Positions 30,001 to 44,200 of a stretch of DNA of 64,000 bases are shown here, piece after piece. Position numbers and translations under genes: made by a program. The notes below the pieces were generated by a model, which saw only the letters and a program-made list of their open reading frames with translations, had not been told where the DNA came from and did no database searches. Within the stretch, counting starts at the first letter, position 1, and each line of letters opens with the position of its first letter. The stretch is from NCBI RefSeq assembly GCF_009914755.1, contig NC_060937.1, one strand, 5' to 3'. The stretch is from the human T2T-CHM13v2.0 reference genome, Homo sapiens.

Positions 30001-33000
30001 ATTATATACTGTACATAAAATATGAAAGTACATCAAATATATATTTTATTCTGTACATAAAACATCAAAGTACACCAGATATATATTCTATAGTGTACAT
30101 AAAATATCAAAGTACCCAAACTATACATTATATACTGTACATAAAATATGAAATTACATCAAATATATATTATATTAGGTACATAAAATATGAAAGTACA
30201 TCAAATATAGATTATATACTGTACATAAAATATCAAAGTACCCCAAATATATATTATATACTCTACATGAAATATCAAAGTTCACAAACCATATATTATT
30301 TACTGTACATAAAATATCAAAGTACCCAAGGTATATATTCTATACTGTACAAAAAATATCAAAGTACCCAAAGCATGTATTATATACTGTACATAAAATA
30401 TGAAACTACATGAAATATATTTTTTATTCTGTATATAAAATATCAAAGTACACCAGATATATATTCTATAGTGTACATAAAATATCAAAGTACCCAAACT
30501 ATACATTATATACTGTACATAAAATATGAAATTACATCAAATATATATTATATTAGGTACATAAAATATGAAAGTACATCAAATATAGATTATATACTGT
30601 ACATAAAATATCAAAGTACCCCAAATATATATTATATACTGTACATGAAATATCAAAGTTCACAAACTATATATTATATACTGTACATAAAATATCAAAG
30701 TACCCAAGGTATATATTCTATACTGTACAAAAGATATCAAAGTACCCAAAGCATGTATTATATACTGTACATAAAATATGAAAGTACATCAAATATATAT
30801 TTTATTCTGTACATAAAATATCAAAGTACACCAGATATATATTCTATAGTGTACATAAAATATCAAACTACCCAAACTATTTATTATATACTGTACATAA
30901 AATATGAAATTACATCAAGTATATATTATATTAGATACATAAAATATGAAAGTACATCAAATATAGCTTATATACTGTATATTAAATACCAAAGTACCCC
31001 AAATATATATTTTTTACTGTACATGAAATATCAAATTTCACAAACTATATGTTATATACTGTACATAAAATATCAAAGAACCCAAGGTATATATTCTATA
31101 CTGTACAAAAAATATCAAAGTACCAAAAGCATGTATTATATACTGTACCTAAAATATGAAAGTACATCAAATATATATTTTACTCTGTACATAAAATATC
31201 AAAGTACACCAGATATATATTCTATAGTGTACATAAAATATCAAAGTACCCAAACTATACATTATATACTGTACATAAAATATGAAATTACATCAAATAT
31301 ATATTATATTAGGTACATAAAATATGAAAGTACATCAAATATAGATTATATACTGTACATAAAATATCAATGTACCCCAAATATATATTTTATACTCTAC
31401 ATGAAATATCAAAGTTCACAAACCATATATTGTATACTGTACATAAAATATCAAAGTACCCAAGGTATGTATTCTATACTGTACAAAAAATATCAAAGTA
31501 CCCAAAGCATGTATTATATACTGTACATAAAATATGAAAGTACATCAAATATATATTTTATTCTGTACATAAAATATCAAAGTACACCAGATATATATTC
31601 TATAGTGTACATAAAATATCAAAGTACCCAAACTATACATTATATACTGTACATAAAATATGAAATTACATCAAATATATATTATATTAGGTACATAAAA
31701 TATGAAAGTACATCAAATAGAGATTATATACTGTACATTAAGTACCAAAGTACCCCAAATATATATTTTATACTCTACATGAAATATAAAAAGTTCACAA
31801 ACTATATATTATATACTGAACATAAAATATCAAAGTACCCAAGGTATATATTCTATACTGTACAAAAAATATCAAAGTACCCAAAGCATGTATTATAAAC
31901 TGTACATAAAATATGAAAGTACATCAAATATATATTTTATTCTGTACATAAAATATCAAAGTACACCAGATATATATTCTATAGTGTACATAAAATATCA
32001 AAGTACCCAAACTATACATTATATACTGTACATAAAATATGAAATTACATCAAATATATATTATATTAGGTACATAAAATATGAAAGTACATCAAATATA
32101 GATAATATACTGTACATAAATTATCAACGTACCCCAAATATATATTATATACTCTCCATGAAATATCAAAGTTCACAAACTATATATTATATACTGTACA
32201 TAAAATATCAAAGTACCCAAGGTATATATTCTATACTGCACAAAAAATATCAAAGTACCCAAAACATGTATTATATACTGTATATAAAATATGAAAGTAC
32301 ATCAAATATATATTTTATTCTGTACATAAAATATCAAAGTACACCAGATATATATTGTATAGTGTACATATAATAACAAAGTACACAAACTATAAATTAT
32401 ATACTGTACATAAAATATGAAATTACATCAAATATATATTAGGTACATAAAATATGAAAGTACATCAAATATAGATTATATACTGTACATAAAATATCAA
32501 TGTACCCCAAATATATATTTTATACTCTACATGAAATATCAAAGTTCACAAACCATATATTATATACTGTAAATAAAATATCAAAGTACCCAAGGTATAT
32601 ATTCTATACTGTACAAAAAACATCAAAGTACCCAAAGCATGTATTATATACTGTACATAAAATATGAAAGTACATCAAATATGTATTTTATTCTGTACAT
32701 AAAATATCAAAGTACACCAGATATATATTCTATAGTGTACATAAAATATCAAAGTACCCAAACTATACATTATATACTGTACATAAAATATGAAATTACA
32801 TCAAATATATATTATATTAGGTACATAAAATATGAAAGTACATCAAATATAGATTATATACTGTACATAAAATATCAAACTACCCCAAATATATATTATA
32901 TACTCTACATGAAATATCAAAGTTCACAAACTATATATTATATACTGTACATAAAATATCAAAGTACCCAAGGTATATATTCTATACTGTACAAAAAATA

Positions 33001-36000
33001 TCAAAGTATCCAAAGCATGTATTATATACTGTATATAAAATATGAAAGTAAATAAAATATATATTTTATTCTGTACATAAAATATCAAAGTACACCAGAT
33101 ATATATTCTATAGTGTACATAAAATAACAAAGTACACAAACTATAAATTATATACTGTACATAAAATATGAAATTACATCAAATATATATTAGGTACATA
33201 AAATATGAAAGTACATCAAATATAGATTATATACTGTACATATAATATCAATGTACCCCAAATATATATTTTATACTCTACATGAAATATCAAAGTTCAC
33301 AAACCATATATTATATACTGTACATAAAATATCAAAGTACCCAAGGTATATATTCTATACTATACAAAAAATATCAAAGTACCCAAAGCATGTATTATAT
33401 ACTGTACATAAAATATGAAAGTACATCAAATATATATTTTATTCTGTACATAATATATCAAAGTACACCCGATATATATTCTATAGTGTACATAAAATAT
33501 CAAAGTACCCAAACTAAACATTATATACTGTACATAAAATATGAGATTACATCAAATATATATTATATTAGGTACATAAAATATGAAAGTACATCAGATA
33601 TAGATTATATACTTTACATAAAATATCAAAGTACCCCAAATATATATTATATACTCTACATGAAATATCAAAGTTCACAAACTATATATTATATAATGTA
33701 CATAAAATATCAAAGTACCCAAGGTATATATTCTATACTGTACAAAAAATATCAAAGTACCCAAAGCATGCATTATATACTGTATACAAAATATGAAAAT
33801 ACATTAAATATATATTTTATTCTGTACATAAAATATCAAAGTACACCAGATATGTATTCTATAGTGTACATAAAATAACAAAGTACACAAACTATCAATT
33901 ATATACTGTACATAAAATATGAAATTACATCAAATATATATTAGGTACATAAAATATGAAAGTACATCAAATATAGTCTATATACTGTACATAAAATATC
34001 AATGTACACCAAATATATATTTTATACTCTATATGAAATATCAAAGTTCACAAACCATATATTATATACTGTACATAAAACATCAAAGTACCCAAGGTAT
34101 ATATTCTATACTGTACAAAAAATATCAAAGTACCCAAAGCATGTATTATATACTGTACATAAAATATGAAAGTACATCAAATATATATTTTATTTTGTAC
34201 ATAAAATATCAAAGTACACCAGATATATATTCTATAGTGTACATAAAATATCAAAGTACCCAAACTATACATTATATACTGTACATAAAATATGAAATTA
34301 CATCAAATATATATTATATTAGGTACATAAAATATGAAAGTACATCAAATATAGATTATATACTGTACCTTAAATACGAAAGTACCTCAAATATATATTT
34401 TATACTGTACATGAAATATCAAAGTTCACAAACTATATATTATATACTGTACATAAAATATCAAAGTACCCAAGGTATATATTCTATGCGGTACAAAAAA
34501 TATCAAAGTACCCAAAGCATGCATTATAAACTGTACATAAAATATGAAAGTACATCAAATATATATTTTATTCTGTACATAAAATATCAAAGTACACCAG
34601 ATATATATTCTATAGTGTGCATAAAATATCAAAGTACCCAAACTATACATTATATACTGTACATAAAATATGAAATTACATCAAATATATATTATATTAG
34701 GTACATAAAATATGAAAGTACATCAAATATAGATTATATACTGTACATAAAATATCAAAGTACCCCAAATATATATTATATACTCTACGTGAAATATCAA
34801 AGTTCACAAACTATATATTATATACTGTACATAAAATATCAAAGTACCCAAGGTATATATTCTATACTCTACAAAAAATATCAAAGTACCCAAAGCATGT
34901 ATTATATAGTGTACATAAAATATGAAAGTACATCAAATATATATTTTATTCTGTACATATAATATCAAAGTACACCAGATATATATTCTATAGTGTACAT
35001 AAAATGTCAAAGTACCCAAAATATACATTATATACTGTACATAAAATATGAAATTACATCAAATATATATTATATTAGGTACATAAAATATGAAAGTACA
35101 TCAAATATAGATTATATACTGTACATAAAATATCAAAGTACCCCAAATATACATTATATACTCTACATGAAATATCAAAGTTCACAAACTATATATTATA
35201 TACTGTATATAAAATATCAAAGTACCCAAGGCATATATTCTATACTGTACAAAAAATATCAAAGTACCCAAATCATGTATTATATACTGTATATAAAATA
35301 TGAAAGTACATCAAATATATATTTTATTCTGTACATAAAATATCAAAGTACACCAGATATATATTCTATAGTGTACATAAAATAACAAAGTACAAAAACT
35401 ATAAATTATATACTGTACATAAAATATGAAATTACATCAAATATATATTAGGTACATAAAATATGAAAGTACATCAAATATAGATTATATACTGTACATA
35501 AAATATCAATGTACCCCAATATATATATTTTATACTCGACATGAAATATCAAAGTTCACAAACCATATATTATTTACTGTACATAAAATATCAAAGTACC
35601 CAAGGTATATATTCTATACTGTATAAAAAATATCAAAGTACCCAAAGCATGTATTATATACTGTACATAAAATATGAAATTACATCAAATATATATTATA
35701 TTAGGTACATAAAATATGAAAGTACATCAAATATAAATTATATACTGTACATAAAATACCAAAGAACCCCAAATATATATTATATACTGTACATGAATTA
35801 TCAAAGTTCACAAACTATATATTATATACTGTACATAAAATATCAAAGTTCCCAAGTTATATATTCTATACTGTACAAAAAATATCAAAGTACCCAAAGC
35901 ATGTATTATATACTGTTCATAAAATATGAAAGTACATCAAATATATATTTTATTCTGTACATAAAATATCAAAGTACACCAAATATATATTCTATAGTGT

Positions 36001-39000
36001 ACATTAAATATCAAACTACCCAAACTATACATTATATACTGTACATAAAATATGAAATTACATGAAATATATATTATATTAGGTACATAAAATATGAAAG
36101 TACATCAAATATATATTATATACTGTACATAAAATACCAAAGTACCCCAAATACATATTATATACTGTACATGAAATATCAAAGTTCACAAACTATATAT
36201 TATATACTGTACATAAAATATCAAAGTACCCAAGGTATATATTCTATACTGTACAAAAAATATCAAAGTACCAAAAGCATGTATTATATACTGTACATAA
36301 AATATGATAGTACATCAAATATATATTTTATTCTGCACATAAAATATCAAAGTACACCAAATATATATTCTATAGTGTACATAAAATATCAAAGTACCCA
36401 AACTATACATTATATACTGTACATAAAACATGAAATTACATCAAATATATATTATATTAGGTACATAAAATATGAAAGTACATCAAATAGAGATTATATA
36501 CTGTACATTAAGTACCAAAGTACCCCAAATATATATTTTATACTCTACATGAAATATAAAAAGTTCACAAACTATATATTATATACTGAACATAAAATAT
36601 CAAAGTACCCAAGGTATATATTCTATACTGTACAAAAAATATCAAAGTACCCAAAGCATGTATTATAAACTGTACATAAAATATGAAAGTACATCAAATA
36701 TATATTTTATTCTGTACATAAAATATCAAAGTACACCAGATATATATTCTATAGTGTACATAAAATATCAAAGTACCCAAACTATACATTATATACTGTA
36801 CATAAAATATGAAATTACATCAAATATATATTATATTAGGTACATAAAATATGAAAGTACATCAAATATAGATAATATACTGTACATAAATTATCAACGT
36901 ACCCCAAATATATATTATATACTCTCCATGAAATATCAAAGTTCACAAACTATATATTATATACTGTACATAAAATATCAAAGTACCCAAGGTATATATT
37001 CTATACTGCACAAAAAATATCAAAGTACCCAAAACATGTATTATATACTGTATATAAAATATGAAAGTACATCAAATATATATTTTATTCTGTACATAAA
37101 ATATCAAAGTACACCAGATATATATTGTATAGTGTACATATAATAACAAAGTACACAAACTATAAATTATATACTGTACATAAAATATGAAATTACATCA
37201 AATATATATTAGGTACATAAAATATGAAAGTACATCAAATATAGATTATATACTGTACATAAAATATCAATGTACCCCAAATATATATTTTATACTCTAC
37301 ATGAAATATCAAAGTTCACAAACCATATATTATATACTGTAAATAAAATATCAAAGTACCCAAGGTATATATTCTATACTGTACAAAAAACATCAAAGTA
37401 CCCAAAGCATGTATTATATACTGTACATAAAATATGAAAGTACATCAAATATGTATTTTATTCTGTACATAAAATATCAAAGTACACCAGATATATATTC
37501 TATAGTGTACATAAAATATCAAAGTACCCAAACTATACATTATATACTGTACATAAAATATGAAATTACATCAAATATATATTATATTAGGTACATAAAA
37601 TATGAAAGTACATCAAATATAGATTATATACTGTACATAAAATATCAAACTACCCCAAATATATATTATATACTCTACATGAAATATCAAAGTTCACAAA
37701 CTATATATTATATACTGTACATAAAATATCAAAGTACCCAAGGTATATATTCTATACTGTACAAAAAATATCAAAGTATCCAAAGCATGTATTATATACT
37801 GTATATAAAATATGAAAGTAAATAAAATATATATTTTATTCTGTACATAAAATATCAAAGTACACCAGATATATATTCTATAGTGTACATAAAATAACAA
37901 AGTACACAAACTATAAATTATATACTGTACATAAAATATGAAATTACATCAAATATATATTAGGTACATAAAATATGAAAGTACATCAAATATAGATTAT
38001 ATACTGTACATATAATATCAATGTACCCCAAATATATATTTTATACTCTACATGAAATATCAAAGTTCACAAACCATATATTATATACTGTACATAAAAT
38101 ATCAAAGTACCCAAGGTATATATTCTATACTATACAAAAAATATCAAAGTACCCAAAGCATGTATTATATACTGTACATAAAATATGAAAGTACATCAAA
38201 TATATATTTTATTCTGTACATAATATATCAAAGTACACCCGATATATATTCTATAGTGTACATAAAATATCAAAGTACCCAAACTAAACATTATATACTG
38301 TACATAAAATATGAGATTACATCAAATATATATTATATTAGGTACATAAAATATGAAAGTACATCAGATATAGATTATATACTTTACATAAAATATCAAA
38401 GTACCCCAAATATATATTATATACTCTACATGAAATATCAAAGTTCACAAACTATATATTATATAATGTACATAAAATATCAAAGTACCCAAGGTATATA
38501 TTCTATACTGTACAAAAAATATCAAAGTACCCAAAGCATGCATTATATACTGTATACAAAATATGAAAATACATTAAATATATATTTTATTCTGTACATA
38601 AAATATCAAAGTACACCAGATATGTATTCTATAGTGTACATAAAATAACAAAGTACACAAACTATCAATTATATACTGTACATAAAATATGAAATTACAT
38701 CAAATATATATTAGGTACATAAAATATGAAAGTACATCAAATATAGACTATATACTGTACATAAAATATCAATGTACACCAAATATATATTTTATACTCT
38801 ATATGAAATATCAAAGTTCACAAACCATATATTATATACTGTACATAAAACATCAAAGTACCCAAGGTATATATTCTATACTGTACAAAAAATATCAAAG
38901 TACCCAAAGCATGTATTATATACTGTACATAAAATATGAAAGTACATCAAATATATATTTTATTTTGTACATAAAATATCAAAGTACACCAGATATATAT

Positions 39001-40430
39001 TCTATAGTGTACATAAAATATCAAAGTACCCAAACTATACATTATATACTGTACATAAAATATGAAATTACATCAAATATATATTATATTAGGTACATAA
39101 AATATGAAAGTACATCAAATATAGATTATATACTGTACCTTAAATACGAAAGTACCTCAAATATATATTTTATACTGTACATGAAATATCAAAGTTCACA
39201 AACTATATATTATATACTGTACATAAAATATCAAAGTACCCAAGGTATATATTCTATGCGGTACAAAAAATATCAAAGTACCCAAAGCATGCATTATAAA
39301 CTGTACATAAAATATGAAAGTACATCAAATATATATTTTATTCTGTACATAAAATATCAAAGTACACCAGATATATATTCTATAGTGTGCATAAAATATC
39401 AAAGTACCCAAACTATACATTATATACTGTACATAAAATATGAAATTACATCAAATATATATTATATTAGGTACATAAAATATGAAAGTACATCAAATAT
39501 AGATTATATACTGTACATAAAATATCAAAGTACCCCAAATATATATTATATACTCTACGTGAAATATCAAAGTTCACAAACTATATATTATATACTGTAC
39601 ATAAAATATCAAAGTACCCAAGGTATATATTCTATACTCTACAAAAAATATCAAAGTACCCAAAGCATGTATTATATAGTGTACATAAAATATGAAAGTA
39701 CATCAAATATATATTTTATTCTGTACATATAATATCAAAGTACACCAGATATATATTCTATAGTGTACATAAAATGTCAAAGTACCCAAAATATACATTA
39801 TATACTGTACATAAAATATGAAATTACATCAAATATATATTATATTAGGTACATAAAATATGAAAGTACATCAAATATAGATTATATACTGTACATAAAA
39901 TATCAAAGTACCCCAAATATACATTATATACTCTACATGAAATATCAAAGTTCACAAACTATATATTATATACTGTATATAAAATATCAAAGTACCCAAG
40001 GCATATATTCTATACTGTACAAAAAATATCAAAGTACCCAAATCATGTATTATATACTGTATATAAAATATGAAAGTACATCAAATATATATTTTATTCT
40101 GTACATAAAATATCAAAGTACACCAGATATATATTCTATAGTGTACATAAAATAACAAAGTACAAAAACTATAAATTATATACTGTACATAAAATATGAA
40201 ATTACATCAAATATATATTAGGTACATAAAATATGAAAGTACATCAAATATAGATTATATACTGTACATAAAATATCAATGTACCCCAATATATATATTT
40301 TATACTCGACATGAAATATCAAAGTTCACAAACCATATATTATTTACTGTACATAAAATATCAAAGTACCCAAGGTATATATTCTATACTGTATAAAAAA
40401 TATCAAAGTACCCAAAGCATGTATTATATA
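1..40430 (+). repeat. Mixed 373/378 bp (751 bp dimer-type) sub-array, left domain
   Basis: Units with AATATATATTATATTAGG (378 bp) are interspersed with units with AATATATATTAGG (373 bp); e.g. unit starts 138, 511 (+373), 889 (+378). Monomer 5 reads ACACCAGAT. Interrupted by a short 378-type patch at ~35660-36430. Confidence 0.85.
3255..9900 (+). repeat. Dispersed ~2 kb block duplication (~3255-5230 and ~7925-9900, offset 4670)
   Basis: Shared rare variants: +1 A TCAAAAGTACC (~3608/~8278), GAAATTTCAT, AAAGAACATCAAATGTAG, AATACGAAAG (4447/9117). ORF starts 3389/8059 and 3768/8438 differ by 4670. Confidence 0.85.
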
Positions 40431-41246
40431 CTGTACATAAAATATGAAATTACATCAAATATATATTATATTAGGTACATAAAATATGAAAGTACATCAA
40501 ATATAAATTATATACTGTACATAAAATACCAAAGAACCCCAAATATATATTATATACTGTACATGAATTATCAAAGTTCACAAACTATATATTATATACT
40601 GTACATAAAATATCAAAGTTCCCAAGTTATATATTCTATACTGTACAAAAAATATCAAAGTACCCAAAGCATGTATTATATACTGTTCATAAAATATGAA
40701 AGTACATCAAATATATATTTTATTCTGTACATAAAATATCAAAGTACACCAAATATATATTCTATAGTGTACATTAAATATCAAACTACCCAAACTATAC
40801 ATTATATACTGTACATAAAATATGAAATTACATGAAATATATATTATATTAGGTACATAAAATATGAAAGTACATCAAATATATATTATATACTGTACAT
40901 AAAATACCAAAGTACCCCAAATACATATTATATACTGTACATGAAATATCAAAGTTCACAAACTATATATTATATACTGTACATAAAATATCAAAGTACC
41001 CAAGGTATATATTCTATACTGTACAAAAAATATCAAAGTACCAAAAGCATGTATTATATACTGTACATAAAATATGATAGTACATCAAATATATATTTTA
41101 TTCTGCACATAAAATATCAAAGTACACCAAATATATATTCTATAGTGTACATAAAATATCAAAGTACCCAAACTATACATTATATACTGTACATAAAACA
41201 TGAAATTACATCAAATATATATTATATTAGGTACATAAAATATGAA
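31660..41246 (+). repeat. Near-identical 4,770 bp tandem duplication (copy 1 ~31660-36430; copy 2 ~36430-41246)
   Basis: ORF starts pair at a constant 4770 offset with essentially identical translations (31888/36658, 32639/37409, 33282/38052, 33919/38689, 34993/39763, 35426/40196, 35541/40311, 36171/40941). Only one difference noticed by eye (33977 T vs 38747 A). Confidence 0.93.
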
Positions 41247-44200
41247 TGTACATCAAATATAAATTATATACTGTACATAAAATACCAAAGTACCCCAAAT
41301 ATATATTATATACTGTACATGAAATATCAAATTTCACAAACTATATATTATATATTGTACATAAAATATCAAAGTAACCAAGGTATATTTTCTATACTGT
41401 ACAAAAAATATCAAAGTACCCAAAGCATGTATTATATACTGTACATAAAATATGAAAGTACATCAAATATATATTTTATTCTGTACATAAAATATCAAAG
41501 TACACCAAATATATATTCTATAGTGTACATAAAATATCAAAGTACCCAAACTATACATTATATCCTGTACATAAAATATCAAATTACATCAAATATATAT
41601 TATATTAGGTACATAAAATATGAAAGTACATCAAATATAGATTATATACTGTACATAAAATACCAAAGTACCCCAAATACATATTATATACTGTATATGA
41701 AATATCAAAGTTCACAAACTATATATTATATACTGTACATAAAATATCAAAGTACCCAAGGTATAGATTCTATACTGTACAAAAAATATCAAAGTACCCA
41801 AAGCATGTATTATATACTGTACATAAAATATGAAAGTACATCAAATATATATTTTATTCTGTACATAAAATATCAAAGTACACCAAATATATATTCTATA
41901 GTGTACATAAAATATCAAAGTACCCAAACTATACATTATATCCTGTACATAAAATATGAAATTACATCAAATATATATTATATTAGGTACATAAAATATG
42001 AAAGTACATCAAATATAAATTATATACTGTACATAAAATACCAAAGAACCCCAAATATATATTATATACTGTAGATGAAATATCAAAGTTCACAAACTAT
42101 ATATTATATACTGTATATAAAATATCAAAGTACCCAAGGTATATATTCTATACTGTACAAAAAATATCAAAGTATCCAAAGCATGTATTATATACTGTTT
42201 ATAAAATATGAAAGTACATCAAATATATATTTTATTCTGTACATAAAATATCAAAGTACACCAAATATATATTCTATAGTGTACATTAAATATCAAACTA
42301 CCCAAACTATACATTATATACTGTACATAAAATATGAAATTACATCAAATATATATTATATTAGGTACATAAAATATGAAAGTACATCAAATATAAATTA
42401 TATACTGTACATAAAATACCAAAGTACACCAGATATATATTTTATACTGTACATGCAATATCAAAGTTCACAAACTATATATTATATACTGTACATAAAA
42501 TATCAAAGTACCCAAGGTATATATTCTATACTGTACAAAAAATATAAAAGTACCCAAAGCATGTATTATATACCGTACATAAAATATGAAAGTACATCAA
42601 ATATATATTTTATTCTGTACATAAAATATCAAAGTACACTAAATATATATTCTATAGTGTACATAAAATATCAATGTACCCAAACTATACATTATATACT
42701 GTACATAAAATATGAAATTACATCAAATATATATTATATTAGGTACATAAAATATGAAAGTACATCAAATATAGATTATATACTGTACATAAAATACCAA
42801 AGTACCCCAAATGCATATTATATACTGTACATGAAATATCAAACTTCACAAACTATATATTATATACTGTGAATAAAATATCAAAGTACCCAAGGTACAT
42901 ATTCTATACTGTACAAAAAATATCAAAGTACCCAAAGCATGTATTATATACTGTTCATAAAATATGAAAGTACATCAAATATATATTTTATTCTGTACAT
43001 AAAATATCAAAGTACACCAAATATATATTCTATAGTGTACATTAAGTATCAAACTACCCAAACTATACATTATATACTGTACATAAAATATGAAATTACA
43101 TCAAATATATATTATATTAGGTACATAAAATATGAAAGTACATCAAATATAGATTACATACTGTACATAAAATACCAAAGTACCCCAAATACATATTATA
43201 TACTGTACATGAAATATCAAAGTTCACAAACTATATATTATATACTGTATATAAAATATCAAAGTACCCAAGGTATATATTCTATACTGTACAAAAAATA
43301 TAAAAGTACCCAAAGCATGTATTATATACTGTTCATAAAATATGAAAGTACATCAAATATATATTTTATTCTGTACATAAAATATCAAATTACACCAAAT
43401 ATATATTCTATAGTGTACATCAAATATCAAACTACCCAAACTATACATTATATCCTGTACATAAAATATGAAATTACATCAAATATATATTATATTAGGT
43501 ACATAAAATATGAAAGTACATCAAATATAAATTATATACTGTACATAAAATACCAAAGAACCCCAAATATATATTATATACTGTACATGAATTATCAAAG
43601 TTCACAAACTATATATTATATACTGTACATAAAATATCAAAGTTCCCAAGTTATATATTCTATACTGTACAAAAAATATCAAAGTACCCAAAGCATGTAT
43701 TATATACTGTTCATAAAATATGAAAGTACATCAAATATATATTTTATTCTGTACATAAAATATCAAAGTACACCAAATATATATTCTATAGTGTACATTA
43801 AATATCAAACTACCCAAACTATACATTATATACTGTACATAAAATATGAAATTACATCAAATATATATTATATTAGGTACATAAAATATGAAAGTACATC
43901 AAATATATATTATATACTGTACATAAAATACCAAAGTACCCCAAATACATATTATATACTGTACATGAAATATCAAAGTTCACAAACTATATATTATATA
44001 CTGTACATAAAATATCAAAGTACCCAAGGTATATATTCTATACTGTACAAAAAATATCAAAGTACCAAAAGCATGTATTATATACTGTACATAAAATATG
44101 ATAGTACATCAAATATATATTTTATTCTGCACATAAAATATCAAAGTACACCAAATATATATTCTATAGTGTACATAAAATATCAAAGTACCCAAACTAT

